64,000 nucleotides of DNA from Deltaproteobacteria bacterium (GTDB lineage: Bacteria; Myxococcota; UBA727; VGSZ01), in NCBI GenBank assembly GCA_020850995.1, contig JADZDP010000081.1, forward strand, positions 5,830-69,829, written 5' to 3'. Both the position numbers and the translations under genes were made by a program. Positions 23,799 to 34,393 of this stretch are shown piece after piece. Position 1 is the stretch's first letter, and each line of letters opens with the position of its first letter. The notes under the pieces are model-generated. The model saw nothing but the letters and a program-made list of their open reading frames with translations. It searched no databases and was not told the DNA's origin.

Positions 23799-26162
23799 TC
23801 AGGGACGAGGCTGCCGTCGCGCGAGCTGTGCCTGCAAGACCGCGGGGTCCGACGTAGGTAGCGCGCACGCACCCTCTTCGCACACGTAGGCGGTGGACCG
23901 ATTGCCACGCGGCCCCTTGCCCGCGGCGTGCGGGATGCGCGCGCCGATGCCGGCGGCGCCCTCGTCGCCGTCTACCAGCGCGATCATCCGGCTTGGCAGG
24001 AAGCTCCGGCGCACCACGCGCAAGAGCTCGGCGGCGCGCACCTCGTCGCCAGGGGCGCTTGCCACCACGATCTCGGGACCGCTGTCGAGGAAGAAGTCGA
24101 GCGCGCTCAGCATCTTTGGCATGCCCACGCTGCCCTGCTTGAGCGCGGCGCCCACGGTGGCGAGGCTCTGCTCGGCGCGCGTTCGCCACTGCGCGTCGTC
24201 GGTGAGCACGAAGAGTCGCATCAGGTTGAGCGTGGCCACCGCCTGCCCCGAGGGCTCCGCGCCGTCGTAGGCGTTGCGGCCACGCACCAAGAGCGCCTCG
24301 GCGTCGCGCGCGGCCATGAAGTAGCCGCCGTGCTCCGGGTCGCCGAAGCGCTCGTCGAGTTGCGCCTGCAGGCGCAGCGCCTCGTCGAGCCAGCGCACGT
24401 CGAAGCTGGCCTCGTAGAGGTCGAGCAGGCCCTGGATGAGGAAGGCGTAGTCGTCGAGCACGGCGGGCTTGCCGCCGGCCGCTCGGGCGGTGCGCAACAG
24501 GCGTCCGGCGTCGTCGCGCTGGTGCTCGAGGAGCCAACGGGCCGCGCGCTCGGCGCGCGCGCGCGCGTCCGCGTCGTCGAGCACGAAGGCCGCTTTCGCG
24601 AAGGCCGAGATCATCAGCCCGTTCCACGAGGTGATCACCTTGGTGTCCATGAGCGGCGCCGGCCGGCGCGCGCGCGCCGCCAACAGGAGCGGCCGTGCGG
24701 CGTCGAGGCAGGCGCGGAGCGCCGCCTCCGTGAGCTTGAGCTCGCGTGCCACCTCGGCGGCGGGCCGTGCGGTGTGCAGGATGTTCCTGCCCTCGAAGTT
24801 CCCGCCGGTGGTGACGCCGTAGTAGGCGGCCACCACGCGAGCGCGCTCGGCCCCGAGGACGGACTCGAGCTCTTGTCGGGTCCACGTGAAGAACCAGCCC
24901 TCCTCATCGCTGCCCGCGGGCGTCTTGCTGTCGGCGTCGGTGGCAGAGAAGAAGGTGCCCTCTGGCGTGGTCATCTCGCGCGCCACGTACGCGAGGATGT
25001 CCTTCGCCACCGCCGCGTGGCGGTCATGGCCGCTCGCTTGGAAGGCCTCGAGGTACGCCACCGTCAGCTGCGCGTTGTCGTAGAGCATCTTCTCGAAGTG
25101 AGGCACGAGCCAGCGCTCGTCGGTGGCGTAGCGATGGAAGCCCCCGCCCACCTGATCGTAGATGCCGCCGGCCGCCATCTTGTCGAGGGTGTGCTCCACC
25201 ATGGCGAGGGCGTCGGCGTCCTCGCTCCGGCGGTGGTAGCGCATGAGCAGCTCCAACGTGACCGGCCGGGGAAACTTTGGCGCTCCGCCAAAGCCGCCGT
25301 CGACTGCGTCGTAGCTGAGCGCGAAGCGCTGCGCCGCGGCGCCGAGCGCGTCGGGCCCTGGCACCGCCGCCGTGGGCAGCGCGGCGGCGCTTCGCTCGAG
25401 CTCGCGTGTCAGCGCCTCGGCGTTGCCGAGCACGGTGGCCGGCTCCTCGGTGAAGCTCCGGTGCAGCGCTTTGAGGATCGAGAGGAAGCCCATGCGGGCA
25501 CCGCGATCGCCGTCACGCGCGGGGAAGTAGGTGCCCCCAAAGAAGGGCTTGCGATCGGCGGTGAGGACCAGGGTCATGGGCCAGCCGCCATGACCGCTCA
25601 AGCGCTGCACCGCCTCCATGTACACGTCGTCGACGTCGGGGCGCTCCTCGCGGTCGACCTTGATGGCAACGTACCGCTCATTCAGGTAGCGCGCGATCTC
25701 CTCGTCCTCGAAAGACTCACGCTCCATCACGTGGCACCAGTGGCAGGTGGAGTAGCCGATGGACAAGAACACCGGCTTGCCCTCGAGGCGCGCGCGCTCG
25801 AAGGCCTCGTCGCCCCAGGGGTACCAACTGACGGGGTTGTGCGCGTGCTGCAGCAGGTAGGGGCTGGCCTCGCGGATGAGGCGGTTGGTGTACTTGGGTG
25901 CGCCGTCAGGCTGCAGGTGCTCGGTGCGTGGCCGGTAGTCGCTGCCCTTGTCGCGCAGGGCGCGGGCGAGCTCGTCGACCAACGCTGGCGCAGCCACCAG
26001 GCCAGGGAGCGCGGGATCGGCGACGGAGGGCGCTGGCGGTGGGCTCACGTTCCCTCCATCGGCGGCTTGCGGCACTGCTGCAGGCCGAGCGGCAGGGGAG
26101 CTGCACGCCTGCAGCAGGAGCGCCAGCACGAGCTGCCAGCGCCAGCCTCCCGCGGCGGCCAT
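23799..26162 (-). CDS. thioredoxin-domain protein YyaL/DUF255 with an (alpha/alpha)6 glycoside-hydrolase-like domain; lipoprotein
   Basis: [43 protein letters not shown] is the DUF255 signature. N-terminal LLLQAC lipobox. Confidence 0.75.
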   Translation of the reverse strand: MAAAGGWRWQLVLALLLQACSSPAARPAAVPQAADGGNVSPPPAPSVADPALPGLVAAPALVDELARALRDKGSDYRPRTEHLQPDGAPKYTNRLIREASPYLLQHAHNPVSWYPWGDEAFERARLEGKPVFLSIGYSTCHWCHVMERESFEDEEIARYLNERYVAIKVDREERPDVDDVYMEAVQRLSGHGGWPMTLVLTADRKPFFGGTYFPARDGDRGARMGFLSILKALHRSFTEEPATVLGNAEALTRELERSAAALPTAAVPGPDALGAAAQRFALSYDAVDGGFGGAPKFPRPVTLELLMRYHRRSEDADALAMVEHTLDKMAAGGIYDQVGGGFHRYATDERWLVPHFEKMLYDNAQLTVAYLEAFQASGHDRHAAVAKDILAYVAREMTTPEGTFFSATDADSKTPAGSDEEGWFFTWTRQELESVLGAERARVVAAYYGVTTGGNFEGRNILHTARPAAEVARELKLTEAALRACLDAARPLLLAARARRPAPLMDTKVITSWNGLMISAFAKAAFVLDDADARARAERAARWLLEHQRDDAGRLLRTARAAGGKPAVLDDYAFLIQGLLDLYEASFDVRWLDEALRLQAQLDERFGDPEHGGYFMAARDAEALLVRGRNAYDGAEPSGQAVATLNLMRLFVLTDDAQWRTRAEQSLATVGAALKQGSVGMPKMLSALDFFLDSGPEIVVASAPGDEVRAAELLRVVRRSFLPSRMIALVDGDEGAAGIGARIPHAAGKGPRGNRSTAYVCEEGACALPTSDPAVLQAQLARRQPRP

Positions 26163-26163
26163 C

Positions 26164-26763
26164 TCAGGGCTTCACTTTCACGACCTCGGCGGAGATGGTG
26201 ATGGTGACCTCGTCACCCACGACCACGCCGCCCTTGTCCATCTTCTCCTGCCAGGAGACGCCGAAGTCATTGCGGTTGATCTTGCCGGTGGCGGTGATGC
26301 CGCGGTGCATCTGATCGGCCCAGGGCGCCTTCCACTCGTCGGACACGGTGGTCTCGAGCACCAGGGGCTTGGTGACGCCGCGCAGCGTGAGGTCGCCAGT
26401 AACTCGGAAGGTGCCCGGCTTGTCGCCGTTTTCGATCTTGGTCGACTTGAAGCTCATCTTCGGGAACTTGGCCACGTCGAAGAAAGCGTTCTTGCGCAGA
26501 TGATCGTCGCGCTTCTGGGACTTGGTGTTGACGCTGATCATGTCGACGTCCACGGTCACCACGGACTTGGTGAAGTCCTTGTCGTCCACCACCAGCTTGC
26601 CGCTGTACTTGTCGAACGCGCCCTTTACGTTGCTCACCATCATGTGGCGGACGCTGAAGCCGATCTCGGTGTGCTCGGGATCGAAGGCCCACTCGGACGC
26701 CGCGGCGCGCGGTGCGAGGGCCAGGGCCAGGGTGGCGACGAGAAGGCTGGACGGCAGACGCAT
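26164..26763 (-). CDS. YceI-family periplasmic protein
   Basis: Signal peptide plus the YceI-like fold signature ([24 protein letters not shown]...). 1-nt gap to the yyaL start. Confidence 0.8.
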   Translation of the reverse strand: MRLPSSLLVATLALALAPRAAASEWAFDPEHTEIGFSVRHMMVSNVKGAFDKYSGKLVVDDKDFTKSVVTVDVDMISVNTKSQKRDDHLRKNAFFDVAKFPKMSFKSTKIENGDKPGTFRVTGDLTLRGVTKPLVLETTVSDEWKAPWADQMHRGITATGKINRNDFGVSWQEKMDKGGVVVGDEVTITISAEVVKVKP

Positions 26764-27205
26764 GACGTTTCTCCTTGGGTGGCGCTCGACGAGCCATTGT
26801 CACGTGCAGGGCCCCCGTCAACGGCGACCGGCGGATGCGACGCTCCTTAGACGCGGCGGCTCGCGTTGCGTTGCGCGGCGACTGCGACACTCCATTGCCG
26901 GGCGGCCTGCTGGCGTGGCTCCAGGATGCGGGGCGGAGCCCGCGGTGCCCGCGACATGTGCATTCCCTCACGCTCACCTGCCCCGCGGCGGAAGCTTGCG
27001 GAGGCTGCCTCGTGGACGCACGAGACGAGCAGGCCCTCACTGCCGCCGACGTTGCACGTCAACGCCGTGGCTTCGTCCCCGCCTGTCAGGCGCCCAGGTC
27101 AGCCGAGCTGCCATACCCTTCGCTCCGGTTCGTTGCGCGGCGCTCGTCGTGATTTGGCGACGACCCGCAGGGCGCGCGGCGACCATGCGCGTTCGCCATG
27201 CACCA

Positions 27206-28774
27206 TCAGCTCGGCCGCAGCCGGAACGGCCGCACGGGCTGCTCCTTGCCCTTCACCGAGACCGGCTCCATCGCCTCGCCCACGATGTCCGGCAGCAACA
27301 ACGCGTGAGTCGCCTCGCTCACCACCACGTCGCCCGCCTTGGCCTGGCCCGTGAGCCGCGAGCTCAGGTTCACGGTGTCGCCGATGACCGTGTACTCCAT
27401 CTGCTGCACCGAGCCGATGTTGCCGCACACCATGGGGCCCGTGGCCACACCCACGCCAACCTTGAGCGCACCGTCGCCGACGTCCTTGAGCTCGGGGAAG
27501 GCGCGCTCGACGTTCATGGCCAGCACCTCACGCTGCAAGTCGAGCGCGCAGCGCGTGGCGCGCACCGCGTGATCGGGCTGATCCATGGGGCCATTGAACA
27601 CCACCACCACGGCGTCGCCGACGAACTTGTTGAGGTAGCCGCCGTGCCGCTCGATGACGGGCACCACGCGCGCGAAATAACGATTGAGCACGGCGACCAC
27701 GTCGGCGGGAGCGAGCTTCTCGCTCATGGAGGTGAAGCCGCGAATGTCGGCGAAGAACACGGTGGCCACGCGCAACGCGGGTGGGATGTTGCCGTCGCCG
27801 TGCTGCGCGCGGATGCGCTCGAGCACGTGCTGCGACACATAGACACCGAAGGCGCGCTCCATGCGCTCGGCAAGCGTGAGCGCGTCGAGCATGGTGTTGA
27901 AGCGGTGGTTCATCTCGGCAAGCTCCGTGGAGCCCCCCTCTTCCACGCGCACGTCGCGATGCCCACGAGCCACCTCGTCGAAGGCCTGCGAGAGGGGGTT
28001 GATGCGCTCCATGACTGCGTCGGCGAGCTTGCCGGTGGCCGACCACAAGGCCGGCAGGCCGAACACCAACGCCACGCCAAGGGCGGCGAGCACCACAAGC
28101 GCCGGGTGCTCGAGCGCCTGGTTCGCCGCGGCGATGACCTCCTCTCCCGAGAGCGCCTTGCCGTCGACGTTGAGCTTGAACATCCCGGGGTCGAGCGTGC
28201 GCGCGCGCAGCTGCGCCAACACCTCGACAACCACCGCCGAGATCGCGCCCGCGACCACGGTCAGCAACCCGAGCAGCGAGAGCACGGCGAGCTGGACCCG
28301 CCGGCGAAAGCCGGGCACGAGGGCGCTCACGACGACGTCGATGAGGAGGACCGGCAGGGAGCCGGTGACCGCGCCGCCCCACCAGATCGCGAACGCCAGG
28401 CCCGCGCCCATCGTCCAGTCAGTGAAGCCGAGCGCGTCCGGCAACAACGACAGGAGGACCCCGAGCGTCACGGGCGCGACCACGCCCACGGCGCCCACGC
28501 CGAGCTGACCGACGATTCGCAGCCAGGCGGCGCGCGGCGCCAAGAGGAAGAAGAGGCGCTCCTCTAGGTGGCTGGCCACCAGGCACACGGTGATCACCAT
28601 GGCCACGCCGACCAAGTTGGCGACGGGCGCCAGCGCCGCCACCCAATGGGCGAGGGCCTCGGCCACCAGAGTGGCGGCGAGCACGGCGGGGATGAAGCGC
28701 GGTAGTCGGCGCTTGTGACGTGCCGCTGGGGTGAGGACGCGCACCGGGCCTCCGGGTCGAACGCGCTGGCGCAA
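27206..28774 (-). CDS. membrane-anchored class III adenylate/guanylate cyclase (6TM + HAMP + CYCc)
   Basis: FFADIRGFT...FVGDAVVVVF...GVATGPMVCGNIG...EYTVIGDTVNLSSRL. The ORF-track start is TTG, so the true start is uncertain. Confidence 0.75.
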   Translation of the reverse strand: MRQRVRPGGPVRVLTPAARHKRRLPRFIPAVLAATLVAEALAHWVAALAPVANLVGVAMVITVCLVASHLEERLFFLLAPRAAWLRIVGQLGVGAVGVVAPVTLGVLLSLLPDALGFTDWTMGAGLAFAIWWGGAVTGSLPVLLIDVVVSALVPGFRRRVQLAVLSLLGLLTVVAGAISAVVVEVLAQLRARTLDPGMFKLNVDGKALSGEEVIAAANQALEHPALVVLAALGVALVFGLPALWSATGKLADAVMERINPLSQAFDEVARGHRDVRVEEGGSTELAEMNHRFNTMLDALTLAERMERAFGVYVSQHVLERIRAQHGDGNIPPALRVATVFFADIRGFTSMSEKLAPADVVAVLNRYFARVVPVIERHGGYLNKFVGDAVVVVFNGPMDQPDHAVRATRCALDLQREVLAMNVERAFPELKDVGDGALKVGVGVATGPMVCGNIGSVQQMEYTVIGDTVNLSSRLTGQAKAGDVVVSEATHALLLPDIVGEAMEPVSVKGKEQPVRPFRLRPS

Positions 28775-28984
28775 GTGAAGCGCGCAAGCGGCGCGATGCT
28801 ACGCCACCACGGCCATGTCTGCGGCCGGCAACGTGGGTCGCTGGCGCCGGAGGCCGCGACCACATCTGCGCATGACCGAGCCGCACGCGATAGTCGGAGC
28901 GCCGCCCACCTCTGGCCGCTCCAGGTCACGAGATCAGCGCGCATGCACTCAAGTTTTCCCTGCATGCATGCCGATGAATGGACC

Positions 28985-30472
28985 ATGCGGATCCCGGGCC
29001 CCGCTGCCTTGCCGATGCTCGCGCTGCTGCTGTGCTGCGCGCTGGCCGCCGACCTCGCGCGGGCCGGCACCGGTCGCCTGGAGCTGCCGGGCGCAGCATC
29101 GAGCTACGTGCTCACCGATGATCCCGACGTGGCGCCACACCTGGCGCCCTCGGTGGTGGTCCTTGGTGGGTGGGCGAAGGACCCTTGGGTCTTGCGGGAC
29201 GAGCACGGCGCGATCGTGCGCAGGCTCGTGGCCAACGAGCTGCGCGCCGATCTCGCAGCATCGCTCGGGCTCTTCGACCTGGCCGAGCTCGGCATCTCCG
29301 GCGGCGCCATGGCGCAGCAAGGCGACACCTCGACGGGAGCCACGGTGCCCGACCCGCGCGTGTGGGCCAAGGTCCGCCTCACGCCATGGCGCGAGGGGCT
29401 CGTCGCCGGCGCGCGCCTCGCGGCCACCGCGCCGGTGGCGCAGTTTCAGCAGGGCAGCCTCGTCGGCGATGTGTGGCCGAGCGTGGAGCCGGCCCTTTTG
29501 ATTGGTTGGCGAACGCCCTGGGCTCGCGCCGGCGTCGATCTCGGCTACGTGCTGCGCGCGCCCGCCAGCGTGGCCGGCGACGTCCTTGGGCAGGAGCTGC
29601 GCGTCTCGGCGGCCGCCGCGGTCTCGCCGATCCCCGCCATGCTGGAGCTCTCTGGCGAAGTGCAGGGAGCGGTGGCGCCGCGCGCCCTCGGCTCCAGCGT
29701 CGACTGGAGCCCCGTGGAGGCCATGCTCGCGGCGCGCGGCTTCGTGGGGCCATGGGAGCTCCTGCTTGGGGTCGGCGGTGGGCTCATCGGCGACGCCGGC
29801 ACCTCCCAGGTGCGCGTGCTGGTCGGCCTCGGCTGGCGCGGCGGCGCGCGCGACCGCGACGGCGATGGCGTCGCCGACATCGAGGATCGCTGCGTGGTGG
29901 ACGCCGAGGACCCAGACGGCGACAGCGACAGCGACGGCTGCCCCGAGGAGGCGCCGCAGCCCGCGCCAGCTCCCGAGCCGGCCCCTGCACCGTTGCCCGT
30001 CGCTGCCGAGCTCGCGCCCACCGAGCTGCCGCCCGCGCCCGCGCCGCCGCCGCCAGCCCCGGAGGATGAGCCCGGCGCGCCTATCGTCGTGGTCGACGAG
30101 GCTGAGCTGCGAGTTACGCGCGGTCGCATCTACTTCGATCTCGAGAGCGATCGGCTGACTCGCAGCTCCTATCCCACGCTCGACGAGCTGGCGCGCGTGC
30201 TGCAAGCGAGCCCCGAGCTCGAGCGTGTCGAGATCGTGGGCCACACGGATGAGTTCGGCGCCGAGAGCTACAACGAGCGGCTCTCGCTCTGGCGCGCCGT
30301 CGCGGTGCGCCGCTACCTCGTGGGCGCGGGCGTCGCGGGCACACGGCTCACCGTGCGCGGCGCCGGTCCCCTGCGCCCCGAAGACGGCGTCGATACGCGC
30401 CATCAACGGCGCCGCGTGGAGCTGCATATCGTCAAGCGCGCCGAGGCGGGCGGCGGGGGAGGCGCGCCATGA
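28985..30472 (+). CDS. OmpA-family outer-membrane/peptidoglycan-associated protein with thrombospondin-type-3-like Ca-binding repeats
   Basis: Signal peptide; [33 protein letters not shown]; Pro/Ala-rich linker; OmpA_C ([27 protein letters not shown]). An alternative ATG is at 28964. Confidence 0.75.
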   Translation: MRIPGPAALPMLALLLCCALAADLARAGTGRLELPGAASSYVLTDDPDVAPHLAPSVVVLGGWAKDPWVLRDEHGAIVRRLVANELRADLAASLGLFDLAELGISGGAMAQQGDTSTGATVPDPRVWAKVRLTPWREGLVAGARLAATAPVAQFQQGSLVGDVWPSVEPALLIGWRTPWARAGVDLGYVLRAPASVAGDVLGQELRVSAAAAVSPIPAMLELSGEVQGAVAPRALGSSVDWSPVEAMLAARGFVGPWELLLGVGGGLIGDAGTSQVRVLVGLGWRGGARDRDGDGVADIEDRCVVDAEDPDGDSDSDGCPEEAPQPAPAPEPAPAPLPVAAELAPTELPPAPAPPPPAPEDEPGAPIVVVDEAELRVTRGRIYFDLESDRLTRSSYPTLDELARVLQASPELERVEIVGHTDEFGAESYNERLSLWRAVAVRRYLVGAGVAGTRLTVRGAGPLRPEDGVDTRHQRRRVELHIVKRAEAGGGGGAP

Positions 30473-32130
30473 GCCACGGACGCTTGGTGCTCGCGACAGC
30501 GCTCGCGTTGGTGAGCGCCAACGAGGCGAGGTCGGCGCAGGTGGGCGCGCCGCTGACGACCTCGGCGGTGTTCCGGGGCTCGGTGCGCCACGTCGTCACC
30601 GGCGCCTCGTTCGTCGACGAGAGCGGCGCGGTGGCGAGCGAGGCCGCTGCCACCGTCGAGCTACCAGGTGCAATCACGGCGATCGCGCACGTCGAGCTGC
30701 ATTGGATGGGGTCGGGCGACGCGCCAGACGACGCCGTGGAGGTGGTCACGCCCGGCGCGGCCAGCGCGCAGACCGTGCAAGCGAGCGCGTGCGAGCAATT
30801 GCAGGCACCGGCGGGCGCAGGCACCGCTGGCTACTGGTCGTGCTTCGCCACGCTGACGCCGACCCTGGCGGCAGGGACCTGGACCGTTCGGGGGGTGAGC
30901 GCCGCAGCGGGCGAGCCCTGGGCGAGCATCCAAGGCGTGGTCGCGGGCTTCGTGGTGGTGGTGGTGGTGGAAGACGACGACCCAACCCCGCGCGTGGTCC
31001 AGATCGCGCGCGGCCTGCGCTGGAGCCGGCGCGACTTCTCCGTCGCTGCCACGCTGGCGCCGCTAGCGACGGGCGCGACCGCGGCGAGCTTGAGCGTGGC
31101 GGTGCTCGAGGGCGACTACGACATCCCCGGCGACGGCGACTGCACGGGCGACTTCGATGATGACACCTGTGATCACGTCTTCGTCTGCAGCGGCGACTGC
31201 AGCGGGCCGACCTTGGACCTCGCGCGCTTGCTCGACGCTCCCTCCAACACGGCCAATCCGCCCGGCAACATCTTCAACGAGACGCTCAGCACCGAGTCGG
31301 CCGACAGCGGCGTGGACAGCCGCCGTGCCAATGGGCTCGACGTCGACACCTTCGTCGTCTCCCTGCCGGTGGCCGGCGCCCTCGACGTCAACCTGGCGGT
31401 GCGCACCGGCGGCGACGCCGTGTTGCCGGCCCTGTTCGTGCTGGGCGCCGTCGAGGGCGACGCTGATGGTGACCAGCTCTCCGATGCCTTCGAACAAGGC
31501 TATGGCACCGACCCCCTCGATCCCGACTCGGACGACGACGGGCTGAACGACTTCATCGAGGTGCGGGGCGCGCTCGGCGTGGATCCGAACGACCCCGACA
31601 GCGACGACGACGGGCTGTGCGACGGCCCGGTCACCGTCGGCGCCTGCGTCGGCGGCGAGGATCTCGACGCCGACGGACGAGTCGACGGCGGTGAGACGAA
31701 CCCCGCGCGCTTCGACACCGACGGCGGCGGCGAAGGTGATGGCGCCGAGCTCGCCGCCCTGCGCGACCCGCTGGATCCCGCCGACGACTTCGGCCTTGGT
31801 GGCGAGGGCGAAGGTGAAGGCGAAGGCGAGGGCGAAGGCGAAGGCGAAGGTGAAGGTGAAGGCGAAGGTGAAGGCGAAGGTGAAGGTGAAGGCGAGGGCG
31901 AAGGTGAGGGCGAGGGCGAGGGCGAGGGCGAGGGTGAGGGCGAGGGCGAAGGCGAAGGCGAAGGTGAAGGCGAGGATGGAGGCGAAGGAGAGCCACATCC
32001 GTCACGGGAGCCACGGCTGCGCCCAAGCGGGTCCGTGTTCTGGTCGTGCGCCGGCGTCACGGACGGGGCGTGGTGGGCGGCGCTGGCTGGGCTTGCGCTC
32101 GCCGTTGGACGCGGGCGGCGGCGGCGGTAG
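30469..32130 (+). CDS. secreted acidic repeat protein with calcium-binding-like Asp-rich motifs, a roughly 30-unit (Gly-Glu)n array and a MYXO-CTERM-like tail
   Basis: ATGA overlap with the OmpA gene. Signal peptide; [15 protein letters not shown] / [15 protein letters not shown] repeats; GEGEGE array; the C-terminus has WSCAG + hydrophobic + GRGRRRR. Confidence 0.65.
   Translation: MSHGRLVLATALALVSANEARSAQVGAPLTTSAVFRGSVRHVVTGASFVDESGAVASEAAATVELPGAITAIAHVELHWMGSGDAPDDAVEVVTPGAASAQTVQASACEQLQAPAGAGTAGYWSCFATLTPTLAAGTWTVRGVSAAAGEPWASIQGVVAGFVVVVVVEDDDPTPRVVQIARGLRWSRRDFSVAATLAPLATGATAASLSVAVLEGDYDIPGDGDCTGDFDDDTCDHVFVCSGDCSGPTLDLARLLDAPSNTANPPGNIFNETLSTESADSGVDSRRANGLDVDTFVVSLPVAGALDVNLAVRTGGDAVLPALFVLGAVEGDADGDQLSDAFEQGYGTDPLDPDSDDDGLNDFIEVRGALGVDPNDPDSDDDGLCDGPVTVGACVGGEDLDADGRVDGGETNPARFDTDGGGEGDGAELAALRDPLDPADDFGLGGEGEGEGEGEGEGEGEGEGEGEGEGEGEGEGEGEGEGEGEGEGEGEGEGEGEGEGEGEDGGEGEPHPSREPRLRPSGSVFWSCAGVTDGAWWAALAGLALAVGRGRRRR
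31801..31992 (+). repeat. hexanucleotide tandem array (GGY GAR)n encoding poly(Gly-Glu)
   Basis: ggcgagggcgaaggtgaaggc... continues for about 190 bp inside the CDS. Confidence 0.85.
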
Positions 32131-32187
32131 CGCCAGCGCCGGGGCGCAGGCCCTCGTCGTCGCGACGACCGCCCTTTGCGAGAGAGC

Positions 32188-33585
32188 TCAGTGCCCGCCG
32201 CCGGCCCGTGGTTTCGCGTGCCACACGCGCGTGCACAGGATCAAGCCGATGATGGCCAAGGGGACCATGGCCATGGGCCAGCGGATCCAGTTGGCTGCGT
32301 CTTTGGCGGCCTCGCCGGTGGGCAACGCCAGGCCCACCGCCAGCGACTGCACGCCGGTGCCCAGGTAGACGAAGCCGTCGATCACACCAACGGCGACGCC
32401 CGTGTTCTTCCTGCCACCGAAATCCGCGCTCGCTGTGCCCGAGAGCATGCCGTGCACGCCGACGTAGTTGAGCGCCATGAACACCAGCACCCAGCCCACC
32501 CACCAGTGCTCGATGGTGAAAAGCATCACGATGGAGCCGAGGGTGATGCCGCCGTAGAGCACGGAGGCGACCGGGCCGCGGCGAGAGTGGAACACTCGAT
32601 CGGAGATGACCCCCGCGAACATGCCTCCGACGATGCCGAAGACACACAAGAGCAGACCCCAGTTCTTCGAGACGAAGTCGTCTTGCAGGTCGACCGCCCG
32701 CGCGAACTTCGGGTACCAGGACATGACGCCGTTGCGCAGGTAGCCGGTGCAGAACTCGATGGCGATGATGATGAGGATGACGCGGTTCCTGAACATGCGC
32801 AGGAAGACCTGCGCGACCGACAGCTTGTCGTCGTCGGCGGCGGTAGCGTCACCGAGGTCGAAGTCGGGGTGACCGGTCTCGCTCGGTGTGTCGCGGACCA
32901 GCGCCATGCTCACGCCGAACATCACGACCAGGATGATCGCGGGGATCACCAGGATCAGCCACGGAGCTTCCGGCGCCGCCCGGGCGATGGCCCGGCTCCA
33001 GTCGTAACCAAAGTAGATGCCGAGCGCGATCAAGACACCGAACACACCGCCCTGCACGCCTCGCTCGCGGACGTGGAACCACGCCGCATTGACCTTCACG
33101 ATCGACACGGCGCCGAAGGACTGGAAATACATGTTGAGGCCGAACAGAACGCTGAGGGTGCCCACCACGCCACCGGGGAGCGCGACGCCCTTGCTCACCG
33201 CTGCGTAGACCGCGCCACCCATCAGCAGGTTGCTGAGCGCAGAACCGAGGGCTGCGATGAGGATGGTCTTGCGGCCGCCGAGCCGGTCCGTCAGTGGGCC
33301 GTTCACGAGAAACGACACGCCATAGACCCACGAGCCCACCGCGAAGATGGTGCCAAAGCCCGCGTTGTCGACGATCTTGCCGAGCGCGCTCGTGGCCTCG
33401 TTGATGTTGTAGCGGCCGAAATACAGGAACGCGTACGTCAGGCCGAGAGGCAGCCAATTGAAGACGCGGCGCCGACGGAACGCGTCACTGTGGCCCATCT
33501 CGATGCGAGGCAGCCGGCGAACCACGATGAGCACGGCGCCAAGGAGCAGCAGGATCGGCAGGAAGTTGCTCAGCCACTGGGGCAT
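32188..33585 (-). CDS. glpT: MFS organophosphate:phosphate antiporter (GlpT/UhpT family; glycerol-3-phosphate transporter-like)
   Basis: 12-TM MFS protein. LGLTYAFLYFGRYN, DRLGGRK and the general architecture resemble GlpT. Confidence 0.75.
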   Translation of the reverse strand: MPQWLSNFLPILLLLGAVLIVVRRLPRIEMGHSDAFRRRRVFNWLPLGLTYAFLYFGRYNINEATSALGKIVDNAGFGTIFAVGSWVYGVSFLVNGPLTDRLGGRKTILIAALGSALSNLLMGGAVYAAVSKGVALPGGVVGTLSVLFGLNMYFQSFGAVSIVKVNAAWFHVRERGVQGGVFGVLIALGIYFGYDWSRAIARAAPEAPWLILVIPAIILVVMFGVSMALVRDTPSETGHPDFDLGDATAADDDKLSVAQVFLRMFRNRVILIIIAIEFCTGYLRNGVMSWYPKFARAVDLQDDFVSKNWGLLLCVFGIVGGMFAGVISDRVFHSRRGPVASVLYGGITLGSIVMLFTIEHWWVGWVLVFMALNYVGVHGMLSGTASADFGGRKNTGVAVGVIDGFVYLGTGVQSLAVGLALPTGEAAKDAANWIRWPMAMVPLAIIGLILCTRVWHAKPRAGGGH

Positions 33586-33589
33586 CGGT

Positions 33590-34318
33590 TCACTCGTGGC
33601 GCAGGTCGGGGACCGTGCTCACCGCGCCGTGCAAGGGTGGCGGGTCGGGGGCGTGCGCCGTGTGCACGAAGTAGTGCGCCGCCTGGGGCCAGTGCGCGGC
33701 GAACAGGTTGCACATGGCGGGCTCGTTGTCGAAGGTGGCGGCGATAGCTCCGAGCGTGCCCACGAAGGCCACCGCTTGGCGCTTGAACTCGATGTCGGTG
33801 TCCTCGAAGGCGTGCTTGAGCACGATGGCGGTGCGCGGGATACCCACCGGAAAGCGGTGGCGGCGCAGCGCCGCCGCGCAGCCCACCAGCATGTTCGGTG
33901 CATCGCGCCCGCTGAGATAGGCGACGGTAGCGCCGGCGTCGAAGAGCGCGCGCACGAAGCGCACAGCGCCGTGCACGGGCTCGTCGAAGCGCTGGAACTC
34001 GTCGGTGAAGAAGCGTTGTTTCCAAAACGCGAGCGCGTCGGCCGCCAGCTCCGTGTCGGCCTGGCCACAGCGCGCCAGCACGTCGCGCAACAGGTAGGGC
34101 AGCCCCGTTCGCGGCAGCGCGTCGAGTGCGCTGCGCAGGGCGGCGTTGCCGCGTGCCTCCGCAAAGTCGACCAGGATCTGCCAGGTGCGCGGGCCGTTGT
34201 CGAACAGCGTGCCGTCGAGGTCGAACACCACGACAGGCGACGGCCCCGTCGACGAAGCGGCGGCGCGACAGTGCTCAACGACGGCAGCGAGGGACACGAG
34301 CGTCGTGTTCGCACGCAT
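33590..34318 (-). CDS. HAD-superfamily hydrolase
   Basis: VVVFDLDGTLFDN is HAD motif I; motif IV is near the C-terminus. Confidence 0.6.
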   Translation of the reverse strand: MRANTTLVSLAAVVEHCRAAASSTGPSPVVVFDLDGTLFDNGPRTWQILVDFAEARGNAALRSALDALPRTGLPYLLRDVLARCGQADTELAADALAFWKQRFFTDEFQRFDEPVHGAVRFVRALFDAGATVAYLSGRDAPNMLVGCAAALRRHRFPVGIPRTAIVLKHAFEDTDIEFKRQAVAFVGTLGAIAATFDNEPAMCNLFAAHWPQAAHYFVHTAHAPDPPPLHGAVSTVPDLRHE

Positions 34319-34393
34319 CCAGCGCGGGTCAAGCGGGGACGCAGAGCTTTGACCTGCGGTCTCCCGAGCTCGCGTGCCCCGGCACCGCCGCGC

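Noticed and set aside
28955-28990. gcatgcatgc palindrome and dual ATGs at the OmpA-family gene start
   Set aside because: This is probably coincidental. The second ATG (28985) gives a proper signal peptide. It is not treated as a regulatory site.
31801-31992. GEGEGE array as a possible CRISPR or non-coding repeat
   Set aside because: The 6-bp unit has no spacers and is in frame within a CDS that has a signal peptide and a C-terminal sorting motif. It is a coding microsatellite.
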